A stretch of 48,852 nucleotides of DNA from an uncultured Alphaproteobacteria bacterium (GTDB taxonomy: Bacteria > Pseudomonadota > Alphaproteobacteria > Paracaedibacterales > JAKBAR01), in NCBI GenBank assembly GCA_937896365.1, contig CALBMH010000046.1, positions 1 to 48,852 on the forward strand. Reading direction: 5' to 3'. Made by a program: the position numbers and the translations under genes. Positions 10,596 through 22,109 of this stretch are shown here, one piece after another. Position 1 is the stretch's first letter, and each line of letters starts with the position of its first letter. The notes beneath the pieces were generated by a model, which had not been told where the DNA came from, did not search any database, and saw only the letters and a program-made list of their open reading frames with translations.

Positions 10596-11154
10596 ACAAA
10601 ATCACAGTCACCCCCTGCCACAGGGCACTTCTTTCTTTGATCAATGTGTCGATACCTATCTCTCTTTGGCAGGAACGTTTGGTAGTCTGCCATCTTTTTC
10701 TGATATGCAAATGTGTTTGGGAAGTGAATTTTTCGACTCTTTTTCCAATGATATAGGTCTTCTTAGGGCGGCTCTCTACCGTCAAAAACAGCATTTTTTC
10801 AGAATCAAAGCCATCGACTACGATACGATTAAAGAGTTATTCTTTGATCAAATCATGCTTTATTTGGATCTCTGGCTGCCTCACAAGAAGGCTTACAGGA
10901 CTATTATCTTGAGTGCTTTACACGCGCCGCAGGTTTTAAGATCACTCCTTGATCACCATACCTCTCTCCTAAGGCATAGCTTGTTGTCTTTGAAAGCTCC
11001 CCTCCCCCCATGGAAGAGGCCAATCGTCATTTATACGTCCCTAGGAATACTCGCCCTTACCTTAAGGACATGGTTTGAGGATGAAAGCCTTGACCAAGGC
11101 GTGACCATGGCGAAACTGAGTGAACTGCTTGATACGTGTGAAGGTTTGTTGTGA
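10588..11154 (+). CDS. Divergent TetR/AcrR-like protein (alphaproteobacterial type), HTH degenerate
   Basis: [16 protein letters not shown] and [19 protein letters not shown] resemble the 'LM.RFD.L.P.K...W..D.S.D...TMA.L' family. TTG start overlapping the gltA end is assumed. Confidence 0.5.
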   Translation: MDKQNHSHPLPQGTSFFDQCVDTYLSLAGTFGSLPSFSDMQMCLGSEFFDSFSNDIGLLRAALYRQKQHFFRIKAIDYDTIKELFFDQIMLYLDLWLPHKKAYRTIILSALHAPQVLRSLLDHHTSLLRHSLLSLKAPLPPWKRPIVIYTSLGILALTLRTWFEDESLDQGVTMAKLSELLDTCEGLL

Positions 11155-11264
11155 GAGGTATCACTTGGAGAGTTCACCGCGATGTTTTGTAACATTTCGC
11201 CCCCTTGCTCTTGCCTCATGGGAGCTCTATAAAAAAGCAACGACTTTAAAAGCCCTTTTATTTC

Positions 11265-12650
11265 ATGCCTAAAAACTTTATTGACTCCCTTAAATCCTTT
11301 GATTTCATTGATTTTCGTTTTACCGATATCCTTGGGACATGGCATCATATCACCTTCCCTGTTTCTGAAGTCGATGAAAGCCTATTGAGTGAGGGTATTG
11401 CCTTTGATGGGTCCTCTCTTCCCGCATGGAAAGCCGTCCATGAGTCAGATATGATCCTTAAATCAGACATATCAAGGGTGGTTACTGACCCCTTTACGTC
11501 TCATAAAACAGCGATCGTTCTCTGCGATGTCTTTGACCCTGTAACACAGCACAATTACAATCGCGATCCACGCTCCATTGCTAAGAAAGCAGAAGCTTAC
11601 TTAAAGGCATCGGGTCTAGCTGACGTTGCGTATTTTGGCCCTGAAGCTGAATTTTTTGTTTTTGATAACGTCCAATTTCAAACAGGATCAGAAACGAGCT
11701 TTTATCATTTATATTCTGAGGAACTTCCCTGTGCATCAGGAAAAGAGCCAAATAACGGTTATCGCCCATCTCACAAAGGTGGTTATATGCCTTGTGCTCC
11801 CATTGATACGCTCCATGACATGCGGAGCGATATGGTGGAAGCGATGACGAGCATGGGGCTTGTGATGGAAAAACATCACCATGAGGTTGCGACGGCGCAG
11901 CACGAACTCGGCTTTAAGTTTGGCACACTGACGGTTATGGGGGATGCGTTACAGATCTATAAATACGTCGTGCGTAATGTCGCACGTGATCACGGCCGTA
12001 CGGCAACTTTTATGCCGAAGCCTCTTTTTGGTGATAATGGTTCAGGGATGCACGTTCATCAATCTTTGTGGCGGGATAATGCGCCTCTTTTCGCAGGAAA
12101 TGGCTATGCAGGTTTATCGCAAACGGCCCTCCACTATATCGGTGGAATTTTGAAACACGCAAAGGCTTTGAATGCTTTCACAAATCCCACGACAAATAGT
12201 TATAAGCGCCTTATTCCTGGCTTCGAGGCTCCTGTGATTTGTGCCTATTCAGCGCGCAACCGTTCAGCGTCCTGCCGTATTCCAACAGCCTTCAGCGATA
12301 AAGGAAGACGTGTGGAAGTACGCTTTCCAGACCCCACTGCCTGTGGTTATTTAGCTTTTTCAGCCCTACTCTTAGCAGGACTTGACGGAATTAAGCATGC
12401 CATTGATCCAGGCACAGCTGCTGATGAAAATCTCTTCGAGGATACAGACTATGCAAAACGCTTTCCAACAGTATCTCATTCGTTGCGAGAAGCACTTCAG
12501 GCCTTGGAGCAAGACTATGATTTCTTGTGTCAGGGCAATGTCTTTACTCCTGATTTCATCCAAGCGTATTGTGAGCTTAAGTGGAAGGAAATCTATGCCT
12601 TTGAGCATGCTCCGCATCCCATTGAGTTCCAGATGTACTATAACACATAA
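11265..12650 (+). CDS. glnA: Glutamine synthetase type I
   Basis: FDGSS, RDPRSIAKKAE, HHHEVATAQHE, MPKPLFGDNGSGMHVHQS, NSYKRLIPGFEAP, RVEVRFPD. Confidence 0.97.
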   Translation: MPKNFIDSLKSFDFIDFRFTDILGTWHHITFPVSEVDESLLSEGIAFDGSSLPAWKAVHESDMILKSDISRVVTDPFTSHKTAIVLCDVFDPVTQHNYNRDPRSIAKKAEAYLKASGLADVAYFGPEAEFFVFDNVQFQTGSETSFYHLYSEELPCASGKEPNNGYRPSHKGGYMPCAPIDTLHDMRSDMVEAMTSMGLVMEKHHHEVATAQHELGFKFGTLTVMGDALQIYKYVVRNVARDHGRTATFMPKPLFGDNGSGMHVHQSLWRDNAPLFAGNGYAGLSQTALHYIGGILKHAKALNAFTNPTTNSYKRLIPGFEAPVICAYSARNRSASCRIPTAFSDKGRRVEVRFPDPTACGYLAFSALLLAGLDGIKHAIDPGTAADENLFEDTDYAKRFPTVSHSLREALQALEQDYDFLCQGNVFTPDFIQAYCELKWKEIYAFEHAPHPIEFQMYYNT

Positions 12651-12730
12651 ATGATCCACCCTTTAAAGCACTCTGATAGGAGGATTTGCTTGTGCTGACC
12701 CTTCCTTCATGATAAAAAAGGGGGAAATAC

Positions 12731-12745
12731 TTAACAAAATGTTAA
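12731..12745. promoter_or_regulatory. Perfect CtrA box just upstream of acpP
   Basis: TTAA-CAAAATG-TTAA, 13 nt before the acpP ATG. Confidence 0.5.
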
Positions 12746-12758
12746 AAAAGGAAGAACC

Positions 12759-13001
12759 ATGTCAGATATCGCTTCCCGCGTCAAAGAAATTGTCATTGAG
12801 CATCTGGGGGCTGATGCTTCCAAAGTTGTTGAAAATGCGAGTTTTGTGGATGATCTTGGCGCTGATAGTCTCGATCAAGTAGAGCTTGTCATGAAGCTTG
12901 AAGAGGAGTTTGGTTGCGAGATCCCTGATGACGCTGCTGAAAAAATTACAACCATCAAAGCAGCGATTGACTACATCGAAAACCATAAGAAGGCTGCTTA
13001 A
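12759..13001 (+). CDS. acpP: Acyl carrier protein
   Basis: [15 protein letters not shown] phosphopantetheine site. Confidence 0.98.
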   Translation: MSDIASRVKEIVIEHLGADASKVVENASFVDDLGADSLDQVELVMKLEEEFGCEIPDDAAEKITTIKAAIDYIENHKKAA

Positions 13002-13066
13002 GTTTTCACGCTGCTGTGGCCTTAGCGCGTTTGTGCTAAGGCCCTTTTGTTTAAGGGAGGATACAT

Positions 13067-14335
13067 ATGCGTCGCGTTGTTGTTACTGGAATTGGGATGG
13101 TTTCCCCTCTTGCCGGCAACGTTAAGGATTCGTGGCGGCGTCTTTTGAATTCTGAATCGGGTGTGCGCGCTATTGAGGGATTCAAGGTTGACGATCTTCC
13201 GGCCCGTGTTGCAGGGCAAGTTCCCAGATCTCCTGAAGCAAAGTTTGGTGATGCTGATTTTAATCCAAATGCCTATATGGATCCTAAGGACCAACGTAAG
13301 ATCGACACGTTCATTCTCTTCGGTTGCGCTGCTGCAGATCAGGCTATCGTAGATGCGGGGTGGACACCCACAAGGGCCGAAGACCTTGAACGCACGGGGG
13401 TATTGCTTGGGTCGGGTATTGGTGGTCTTGATGAGATTGACCGTACAAGCCAAACGCTCACAGCCTCTGGACCGCGTCGCGTTAGTCCTTTCTTTGTTCC
13501 AGCTTCACTGATTAACCTTATCTCTGGTTATGTGGCAATTAAGCACGGATTCAAAGGCCCTAATCACGCTGTGGTGACAGCCTGTGCCACGGGTGCCCAT
13601 GCTATTGGTGATGCGGCACGTCTCATCCAGTACGGGGATGCTGATGTAATGGTTGCAGGAAGTGCTGAAGCCGCTGTATGTCGCATTGGTGTTGCAGGGT
13701 TTGCAGCCTGTCGTGCTCTCTCAACATCGTATAATGATGCGCCTGAGATGGCATCGCGCCCCTGGGATCGCGGGCGTGATGGCTTTGTCATGGGAGAGGG
13801 CGCTGGTGTCCTTGTTCTTGAGGATTATGAGCATGCGAAAAGGCGTGGTGCTAAAGTCTATGGTGAGGTTATTGGGTATGGTTTATCAGGGGATGCTCAC
13901 CATATTACGGCTCCTGCGGAGGATGGTAATGGTGCCCTTCGTGCGATGCAAGCAGCTCTTAAAAATGCAAGAATTAACACATCTGATGTCGACTATATCA
14001 ATGCCCATGGCACGTCAACCCCTCTTGGGGATGCTATTGAAATGGGGGCGGTGAAGCGTCTTTTTGGTGACCATTCCTTAAAGCTCTCTATGTCTTCAAC
14101 AAAATCTGCCGTTGGGCACTTACTTGGTGGAGCAGGCTCTGTGGAGGCAATTTTCAGTCTCCTTGCTATGCAAGATAACGTCTGTCCTCCCACATTGAAC
14201 CTCTATGAGCCTGATGAGGGGTGTGATCTCGATCTTGTGCCTCTTCAAGCGAAACCCCGTCTGATCAATACAGTCATGTCAAACTCCTTCGGCTTCGGCG
14301 GGACCAACGCCTCACTCATTATGAGAAAAATATGA
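13067..14335 (+). CDS. fabF: 3-oxoacyl-ACP synthase II
   Basis: MRRVVVTGIG, VTACATG, NAHGTST, KSAVGHLLG, SNSFGFGGTN. GGAGG RBS. Confidence 0.97.
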   Translation: MRRVVVTGIGMVSPLAGNVKDSWRRLLNSESGVRAIEGFKVDDLPARVAGQVPRSPEAKFGDADFNPNAYMDPKDQRKIDTFILFGCAAADQAIVDAGWTPTRAEDLERTGVLLGSGIGGLDEIDRTSQTLTASGPRRVSPFFVPASLINLISGYVAIKHGFKGPNHAVVTACATGAHAIGDAARLIQYGDADVMVAGSAEAAVCRIGVAGFAACRALSTSYNDAPEMASRPWDRGRDGFVMGEGAGVLVLEDYEHAKRRGAKVYGEVIGYGLSGDAHHITAPAEDGNGALRAMQAALKNARINTSDVDYINAHGTSTPLGDAIEMGAVKRLFGDHSLKLSMSSTKSAVGHLLGGAGSVEAIFSLLAMQDNVCPPTLNLYEPDEGCDLDLVPLQAKPRLINTVMSNSFGFGGTNASLIMRKI

Positions 14336-14436
14336 GAACGTAAACAAACACGATTGGTGTGCCGAGGTACAATCTTCTAGGTAAGTTCTGCTGCGCCCGT
14401 GGCATCGTGACCATGGATAGTCTCTATGGGCGAGTG

Positions 14437-15474
<1,038 letters not shown>

Positions 15475-15487
15475 TTAAAAAAGTTTT

Positions 15488-16795
15488 TTATTTAAATCTT
15501 ATCTCTTTGCGCAGCTTCACGATACCGGCAATGTTAATCATCATGAGCAGACCACCAGAAAAAGTCATGATAAGAAAGACCTTGCTCTGATCAAAGTACG
15601 CGAAAAAAGGAAAAGCCACCGCCGCGTAGAGATGATACAGTTTCTCGCCGTATGACGGAAGTAAAAAGCGAGCACTTTTCAGCCCCACAGCAAAATACGC
15701 GATAATCGTTGTGTACCCCGCAAGAAAAAAGAAAAGAGACATGAAGTAAGGAATCGCCGGAAAGTATTGACCAAGCGCCGCTGCGACGTACTCAGAAGCC
15801 TGCATAGGCGTGTGAACCTTCCAAAGACCTGTGATGAGAATAACCATCATACTCATGGTGCACACAATGCCATCGGTTAGAATGGAAAAAATAGCCATAC
15901 GCGCTTGACGCTCCGGATGCTGCGTACGTGCCTCACTTTGAATGATGGAATCATAACCAATGCCAATGTCACCGGAGTACACAGCCCGAGATACTCCATG
16001 CTGTGCTGCCATCAAGAACGTGCTGCCTATAAAACCACCGAGGGGCGCGTGCCCGTTGAAAGCTCCATCAAATACGAGAGCGAAGAGAGAAGGGATCTCT
16101 TTGATATTCCATCCGATAACCCACAGACACATCAACACATAGATGATCATAAATGTCGGCATCAGAACGCAGCAGATATTCGCAAGGCGGCTAATACCTC
16201 CCAGCCCACTATAGATGACAGCAGCAAGGAGTGATGCAATCACAAGAGTCTTATTGATGGCGAAGGTTTGGCTGAGCGAATCTGTTACAACTAAAAACTG
16301 AGAGACTTCTACACCATAAATACACAACAAGATTGATGAAATGATGGGGATAGCTTTGATACCGAAGGCATGCTTTAAATAATACATAGGACCGCCATCG
16401 TAGCCACCATGGGCGTTGGGAACACGGTACTTCATCCCTAAATAAATTTCAGAATATTTTATCAGCATCCCCGAAAATGAAGCTATCCAAAGCCAAAAAA
16501 GGGATCCTGGTCCACCAATCAGAATTGCTGTGACAACCCCAACGATGTTTCCAAGCCCCACCATGCCTCCCACAGAAGCAAAATAAAGGCGCAGAGGATG
16601 GGTACCTGTGGCACAGAGCTTTGCGTCTTCATTCAAGTCAACAACAGTTTTTCGGAGTTGTCCCAAAACCTTGAACTGGAAGAAACGTGTTTTTAACGTG
16701 AAATAGATACCAAAGAGGCTGACAAAAGTGAAGCCGATGTATGTCCAAAAAAAATCATCCAAGCGGGCTAAGGTATCGAAAAATATGCTAATCAT
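15488..16795 (-). CDS. Alanine/glycine:cation symporter (AgcS/AlsT family)
   Basis: Multi-TM protein with VGLGNIVGV, GGPGSLFWLW, GGPMYYL, GVSRAVYSGDIGIG and DGIVCTMS. Confidence 0.9.
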   Translation of the reverse strand: MISIFFDTLARLDDFFWTYIGFTFVSLFGIYFTLKTRFFQFKVLGQLRKTVVDLNEDAKLCATGTHPLRLYFASVGGMVGLGNIVGVVTAILIGGPGSLFWLWIASFSGMLIKYSEIYLGMKYRVPNAHGGYDGGPMYYLKHAFGIKAIPIISSILLCIYGVEVSQFLVVTDSLSQTFAINKTLVIASLLAAVIYSGLGGISRLANICCVLMPTFMIIYVLMCLWVIGWNIKEIPSLFALVFDGAFNGHAPLGGFIGSTFLMAAQHGVSRAVYSGDIGIGYDSIIQSEARTQHPERQARMAIFSILTDGIVCTMSMMVILITGLWKVHTPMQASEYVAAALGQYFPAIPYFMSLFFFLAGYTTIIAYFAVGLKSARFLLPSYGEKLYHLYAAVAFPFFAYFDQSKVFLIMTFSGGLLMMINIAGIVKLRKEIRFK

Positions 16796-17178
16796 GGCGT
16801 TTGTGCAAGGTGTCTAGCGACTCTTCTGTCGGTAACATACGAGGACGTTCTCGCTTTCGGGATCGAAGAGATGAAACATGGGTGCAAAGGAGACGTTTAT
16901 ACATAGACACACTAATTATCTAACTTTACATTACCTTGTCAAAAAAAATAACAATGATCCAAAGGAAAACTTAGTAAAGACGTTGTAAATATACAATAGA
17001 AAAGTTAAAATTTTCTTTTTGTTAGAGTTCTTAGCGTGTTCCCATTTTTTTGTGGAGTGAAAAGCTTTTTTTTGTACAAGGTTATGGTGCTTAAATTTTA
17101 AGAAAAATTGAAAATATGTTGAAAATAAAAATCTCATATATCTATGATGTCCCCAAGTAATTTGCATTTTAAAATGTC

Positions 17179-17892
17179 TTGATCGTGTCTCTTCCAAAGA
17201 AAAATCTTGCAGCCGCCTACAGAATACTTTCTCATCTTCATCTCGATGATCATACCTATACGCATCTTTCAGCCCGCTCAACTGCAGGATTCTACCTTCC
17301 TCAGTTCGGTTACCGTTTTAATGAGATCAATGAAACGCTCCTTGTGGAGGTGGACTGCAATGGAAGTATTCTAAACACCCCTAGAGCGGGATTAGACGCA
17401 TTAAATATAACAGGACATATAATTCATAGCGCTATTTATAAGACCCGTCCTGACATCCAAGCGGTCTTTCATCTGCATACGCCTGCCATTGTTGCTGTGT
17501 CTGCGATGCAAGAGGGATTGTTGCCTATTAGTCAGTGGGCACTCCACTTTTATGGTCAAATCAATTATCATGAGTATGGCTCTCTTGCTTTGCAGGATAC
17601 TCAGGGGGATATGATTGCCGGAGATCTTGCCGATAAAATGGTCTTGATGCTGCGCAATCACGGTGTGATCATTTGTGGTCGTACGATTCCTGAAGCTCTC
17701 TTCTACGTTTATCATCTCCAAAAAGCCTGTGAAACACAGTGCTTGGCCCTTGCAATGAATCGGGAGCTTATCCTGCTTGACCATGAGGTATGTCAAAAGA
17801 CCACTAAAGAGCTCTTGTCCTTTGAAAAAGATTTAGGGGCAAGGGATTGGAAAGCTTGGGTAAGGTACTTAGAAAGTTTGGACGCAGTCTGA
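17179..17892 (+). CDS. Class II aldolase/adducin family protein
   Basis: LAAAYR, YTHLSAR, IHSAIYKTRPD, VFHLHT, LRNHG metal-binding histidines. Confidence 0.9.
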   Translation: MIVSLPKKNLAAAYRILSHLHLDDHTYTHLSARSTAGFYLPQFGYRFNEINETLLVEVDCNGSILNTPRAGLDALNITGHIIHSAIYKTRPDIQAVFHLHTPAIVAVSAMQEGLLPISQWALHFYGQINYHEYGSLALQDTQGDMIAGDLADKMVLMLRNHGVIICGRTIPEALFYVYHLQKACETQCLALAMNRELILLDHEVCQKTTKELLSFEKDLGARDWKAWVRYLESLDAV

Positions 17893-18258
17893 TTAAAAAG
17901 TGATGGGCGTCCACTCGAATTTATCCACAAGCCTCTCTTTTCCTTATGTCAAGTATTTTCCCTAATGGCACAGAAAATTTCTTCTCTAATAGACATTTCT
18001 AACAGATACTCATAACAAGAAACCGACGTTTTCCAAGTGTTTCACGGTGTAAGCTTTAAAATGAGGCAATCTTGTTAGGACCCTTGATTTCTCCGATCAT
18101 CACTCCAGAGCTCACATGTTTTTAACAGAGTTATCCACAGATTCTGGGGAAAACGGGTTGCGATCCTTCCTACCTAAAAAGTTATGGATTTCGAGACTAA
18201 AGGCCTGTTCCATCTTGACTTTTTATTGGGGAGGGAGCTGTATTCAAACGAGAGAGGA
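17893..18258. other. DnaA-box cluster: candidate replication origin or DnaA titration site
   Basis: 366-bp non-coding gap between convergent genes. Perfect TTATCCACA at 17921 and 18131; degenerate TTTTTAACA at 18119 and TGGGGAAAA at 18145. Confidence 0.5.
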
Positions 18259-19419
18259 TTAGGATTCAGTATAACTTTTTTCGAGACGGTTCCCAAACTT
18301 TAAAATAACTTCGAGAGGAAGTGTGGCTGTCCACTTCGCTAGATGGTTGACAGTAATGTCGTTGTTTAAAATATCCACAACAGCGCCCTCGTAGACGTAT
18401 TCACTGGGAACATCTGTGATATCAATGGTGATAAGATCCATGGAAATACGCCCTACGATAGGTGCTTTAAACTTCCCGACCATAACAAAGGGGTGATGTT
18501 GCATCGTTCCTGCTTTCCAGGAAAAGCCATCAGCATAGCCAAGGGTGATCGTTGCGATTTTGCGATCGGCATCTGTAAAATAGCTACGACCATACCCAAT
18601 ACTCTCATGGGCTGGAACTGTTTGAATCTGATAAATACGGGACCACAGACGTAGTGTTGTCTTTAAAGGCAAGGAACGAGATGCTGTGCATCCGTAGAGA
18701 GCTATGCCTGGGCGAGCTATGTCGTAGTGGTAATCGGACCCTAAGACAATAGCTCCTGAGTTTGCTAGGCTTAATTGGGGTTTGTAGGAAAGCCTGAGCT
18801 GCTTGACAGCATTAACAAAACGTTTGCGTTGGACTTCATTAAACTCATTTGAAATGTCCTCAGCACATGCAAGGTGACTCATGACAATTTGGACATTAAG
18901 TCTTGAAAGGCTTTCATCAAGAACGTGATGGTGCATACGGTCAAAGCGAAGACCTGTGCGATTCATGCCTGTGTCAATGTGGAGCACAGCAGGCAGAGGG
19001 TCCTCTTTCGCAAAAAAAGCCCAACGTTCGACTTTTTCGATATCGGTCAAGACGGGAATAAAATCATTATAGAGGAATTCTTCTTCTTGTCCTTTCATAA
19101 AACCATTGAGGACATAAATTTTTACGTCTCGGGCTGGCAAAATATGTTTGAGATCGAGGGCCTCATCAAGATAGGCGACAAAGAAGTGACGACAACCCGC
19201 TTCATAGAGTGCCTTCGTACAAGGGGCTATTCCAAGTCCGTAAGCATCTGCCTTTACAACGGCACTACATATGCTGGTGCCTAAGGCCGCTTGGAGTGTT
19301 GCGAAGTTATGTTTAAGTGATCCTAAATCAATGCTAAGACCGCAATAGGCGTACTTGCCTGGCTGATGTTTTGGGAAGGGAATGATCGAAGCAGTGGTCA
19401 TGGGTACTGGTGTGGTCAT
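18259..19419 (-). CDS. alr: Alanine racemase
   Basis: PLP lysine motif AVVKADAYGLG, HIDTGMNRTG, MSHLACA, RPGIALYG, IGYG, GYADG, GRISMD. Confidence 0.96.
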   Translation of the reverse strand: MTTPVPMTTASIIPFPKHQPGKYAYCGLSIDLGSLKHNFATLQAALGTSICSAVVKADAYGLGIAPCTKALYEAGCRHFFVAYLDEALDLKHILPARDVKIYVLNGFMKGQEEEFLYNDFIPVLTDIEKVERWAFFAKEDPLPAVLHIDTGMNRTGLRFDRMHHHVLDESLSRLNVQIVMSHLACAEDISNEFNEVQRKRFVNAVKQLRLSYKPQLSLANSGAIVLGSDYHYDIARPGIALYGCTASRSLPLKTTLRLWSRIYQIQTVPAHESIGYGRSYFTDADRKIATITLGYADGFSWKAGTMQHHPFVMVGKFKAPIVGRISMDLITIDITDVPSEYVYEGAVVDILNNDITVNHLAKWTATLPLEVILKFGNRLEKSYTES

Positions 19420-19422
19420 ACT

Positions 19423-19608
19423 CTATTCTTTCGTTTTGGAAGAGGTCTTTTCAGTGCAATTTGGTAATTCTCGTTGGAACACTTTACTACAATAGGGGCA
19501 CGTAAGGACATCCGTTTTAAACGTTAAATAAACTTTAGGATGTTCAAGCGCGCCATGACTGTCACCACTGCAGGAAAGAGTTTCTGGGATTCTTTCCGTT
19601 AAACTCAT
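19423..19608 (-). CDS. zf-CHCC zinc-finger domain protein
   Basis: C.G....L.HPKVYL......CPYC pattern. The long ORF-track N-terminus crosses the tRNA and is spurious; start 19608 or 19641. Confidence 0.85.
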   Translation of the reverse strand: MSLTERIPETLSCSGDSHGALEHPKVYLTFKTDVLTCPYCSKVFQRELPNCTEKTSSKTKE

Positions 19609-19695
19609 CCTGTTTGATCTCTCCACTGTATTGTTATTCATTTCAATTGGTTTATCTGTCATTTTAAAGTATATAAAAAGATAGTTTTGTACAAG

Positions 19696-19772
19696 GCACC
19701 CGTAGCTCAGCTGGATAGAGCGTTGCCCTCCGGAGGCAAAGGTCAGAGGTTCGAATCCCCTCGGGTGCGCCA
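19696..19772 (+). tRNA. tRNA-Arg(CCG)
   Basis: Acceptor GCACCCG/CGGGTGC, anticodon arm TTGCC-CTCCGGA-GGCAA, CCA. Confidence 0.97.
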
Positions 19773-19784
19773 TAGTCTTTAATA

Positions 19785-20603
19785 ATGAAGAATAGACAAG
19801 GTTTATTAACATATCTTTACCGGATGGGATGTGATTACGCGTACGGTGATAGCCCACGCAGTCGTTTTGATGAAAGAAAAGAATTTTGCAACATATCCGC
19901 GGATTCCCCATGTTTACTTTCCGCTCAACCTCTAATGGATTCTGCTTTTCCGCTTATGCCCCCTATTAAAACAGCAGTCGGAGCCGTGCCATTCCATCCT
20001 GCGTATCAATGCCATACGCTAGAAGAACTTCGCCGTGCTATGGAAGCTTTTGAAGGGTGTCCTCTTAAAGCATCAGCAAAAAATACTGTTTTTTCTGATG
20101 GCAATGTTGATGCCAGTGTGATGCTTGTGGGTGAAGCACCAGGGGCAGAAGAGGACCTTCAAGGAAAGCCCTTTGTCGGGATGAGTGGTCGGCTCCTTGA
20201 TAAAATGATGGCTGCCATCGGTTTGGGACGTAGTGATGTCTACATCAGTAATATTATTCCCTGGCGTCCTCCTGCTAACCGTCCACCGAGTACACAGGAA
20301 ATTGCGGCATGCCTTCCTTTTATAGAGCGTCACATCTATTTGAAGCGTCCGAAGTTCCTCTTGCTTTTAGGAGGTATTGCCACGAAGGCGATTTTGAATG
20401 ATCATGCAGGAATTATGCGGCTTCGGGGGAAGTGGCAGACGTATAAGCCACCGATGGCAGAAGAAAGTTATCCGAGTATTCGTGCGCTTCCAACATTTCA
20501 TCCTGCTTTTTTGCTGAGGTCCCCTGGCCAGAAAGTGCATGCGTGGGAGGATTTGAAGATGCTTAGAACAGCTATGGACGAAGAGCAGACCTTGAACGTC
20601 TAG
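19785..20603 (+). CDS. Uracil-DNA glycosylase family 4
   Basis: [38 protein letters not shown]. Confidence 0.93.
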   Translation: MKNRQGLLTYLYRMGCDYAYGDSPRSRFDERKEFCNISADSPCLLSAQPLMDSAFPLMPPIKTAVGAVPFHPAYQCHTLEELRRAMEAFEGCPLKASAKNTVFSDGNVDASVMLVGEAPGAEEDLQGKPFVGMSGRLLDKMMAAIGLGRSDVYISNIIPWRPPANRPPSTQEIAACLPFIERHIYLKRPKFLLLLGGIATKAILNDHAGIMRLRGKWQTYKPPMAEESYPSIRALPTFHPAFLLRSPGQKVHAWEDLKMLRTAMDEEQTLNV

Positions 20604-21859
20604 TGCTCGCCCTTGACGTACCCGTGAAAATCACTCTTTCGAAGGGTCATGGACAGTAAAACGCACGCAACGAGGACGGTTGGTAAAATCATTAGTGAGA
20701 AGACATACTGGTCGGTTGTATAAAGGCGCACGCCCATACTATCCATGGCCCCATGCCACTGAAGATCCAGTGTATAGCCAATAATTTGTTGTAGGATCGC
20801 CCCCCCCAGCATGTTCAGGGTATTAACAAAACCGATGGTAAGCCCCGATGTTCGCTGCTCCGATCCAACAAGAGCACCCGAAAAACAAATCATCTCTGCT
20901 CCACATAAGCATCCAATAAGAAGGAAAATTCCCTTAAGTGCTAAGAGTGACAGCGTTTGAGCCACTAACATCAGACTAAACAATCCTAGAAGTCCAATCC
21001 CACATATCTGAATCGTACGCGTAAACATATGATAGCGCTCTGAGAGTGCTGGTAGCGTTAAGCTTCCTACAGCAAGACCGACATACATGAGCATAGTTGT
21101 GCTGGCAGCATCAGATCGAGACATTTGGAACTTCTCAACTAAAAAACTCACACCCCACAAGTCTGCGAGAACAGCAAGAGGTGTATAAAGCCCAATGGCA
21201 AGAAGGGCGTAAATAATAATCGTTTTATTACAGGCGATCTTCTTCATATCCTTCATGAATTGTGCACGATCAAAGTCATTTTGAGAAATTTTTTGCGTAT
21301 CACTAAGAAGAAAATGGATGAGGATAAATAAAAAGCCTCCGAGAACACACGTATAGAGCACAGCTTGCTTCCAACCAAACATATCAACGGCGATTATCAA
21401 AGGGTGACCCGCACCAAGAGCCCCAATCGTTCCAAGTGTTAGCGTTGCTCCCATGAGAGATCCGCGTTTACCGGGTTCAAAGTGATCTGCCACCCATTTG
21501 AGTGCACTCATGAAAGCACAAGCAGAACCTGCTCCAACCAGAATGCGACTCGCTTGTGCTGCGATAAGAGAATGTGTTTGCGTGAGCCAAAACGTTCCTA
21601 AAACACACAGAAAAATAGAAAAAAGAACCGTACGCTTGATTCCTACCCTATCAACAATAAATCCGATGGGAATTTGTAAAAGAGAATAAGCATAGAGATA
21701 GTAAGCTCCCAGCGATGAAAATTCCTCTGCTGTCATGTGAAAAGCGTGACGGAGCTCGTCAGAAATAATGCCTGGAATGACACGCAATAAATACTGGTAA
21801 CAAAAAAATAATGCGATAAAAAACCAGCCGAGAATAGCTTTGGATAATGGATAGGACAT
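20600..21859 (-). CDS. MFS transporter
   Basis: About 12 TM segments with motif A (GFIVDRVGIKR). AGAGG RBS before ATG 21859. Confidence 0.9.
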   Translation of the reverse strand: MSYPLSKAILGWFFIALFFCYQYLLRVIPGIISDELRHAFHMTAEEFSSLGAYYLYAYSLLQIPIGFIVDRVGIKRTVLFSIFLCVLGTFWLTQTHSLIAAQASRILVGAGSACAFMSALKWVADHFEPGKRGSLMGATLTLGTIGALGAGHPLIIAVDMFGWKQAVLYTCVLGGFLFILIHFLLSDTQKISQNDFDRAQFMKDMKKIACNKTIIIYALLAIGLYTPLAVLADLWGVSFLVEKFQMSRSDAASTTMLMYVGLAVGSLTLPALSERYHMFTRTIQICGIGLLGLFSLMLVAQTLSLLALKGIFLLIGCLCGAEMICFSGALVGSEQRTSGLTIGFVNTLNMLGGAILQQIIGYTLDLQWHGAMDSMGVRLYTTDQYVFSLMILPTVLVACVLLSMTLRKSDFHGYVKGEH

Positions 21860-22043
21860 GTACAACCTCTAATTTTATCGAACTAGACAATAGAAAACAA
21901 TGCGGCAAAGCAACAGCCCCACCGCACTGTAGGTCGTAGAATAACGATAAAGAGGGTTATGAAATCCTTACACACGCAGCAACTATAAAAAATTTCAATT
22001 CCAAAATAAATCAAAAAGTGACAAAAACAATTTTTTTCCAATA

Positions 22044-22058
22044 TTAATCACTCTTTAA
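22044..22058. promoter_or_regulatory. Perfect CtrA box upstream of the chemotaxis operon
   Basis: TTAA-TCACTCT-TTAA, about 50 nt upstream of the first gene. CtrA control of che operons is established in alphaproteobacteria. Confidence 0.75.
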
Positions 22059-22109
22059 TAGTTAGTTGATACTATCAACTGCAGATTTGGTATTTATGAA
22101 AAAATAGAA

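Noticed and set aside
16788-16904. Glycine riboswitch or 38-aa uORF upstream of the alanine/glycine symporter
   Set aside because: No GGAGA/CCGAAG/CTCTCAGG riboswitch core. The uORF has no RBS or Ala/Gly enrichment.
16920-17178. AT-rich tract as an unwinding element or CtrA site
   Set aside because: Explained as a divergent promoter region. Only mismatched boxes in very AT-rich DNA.
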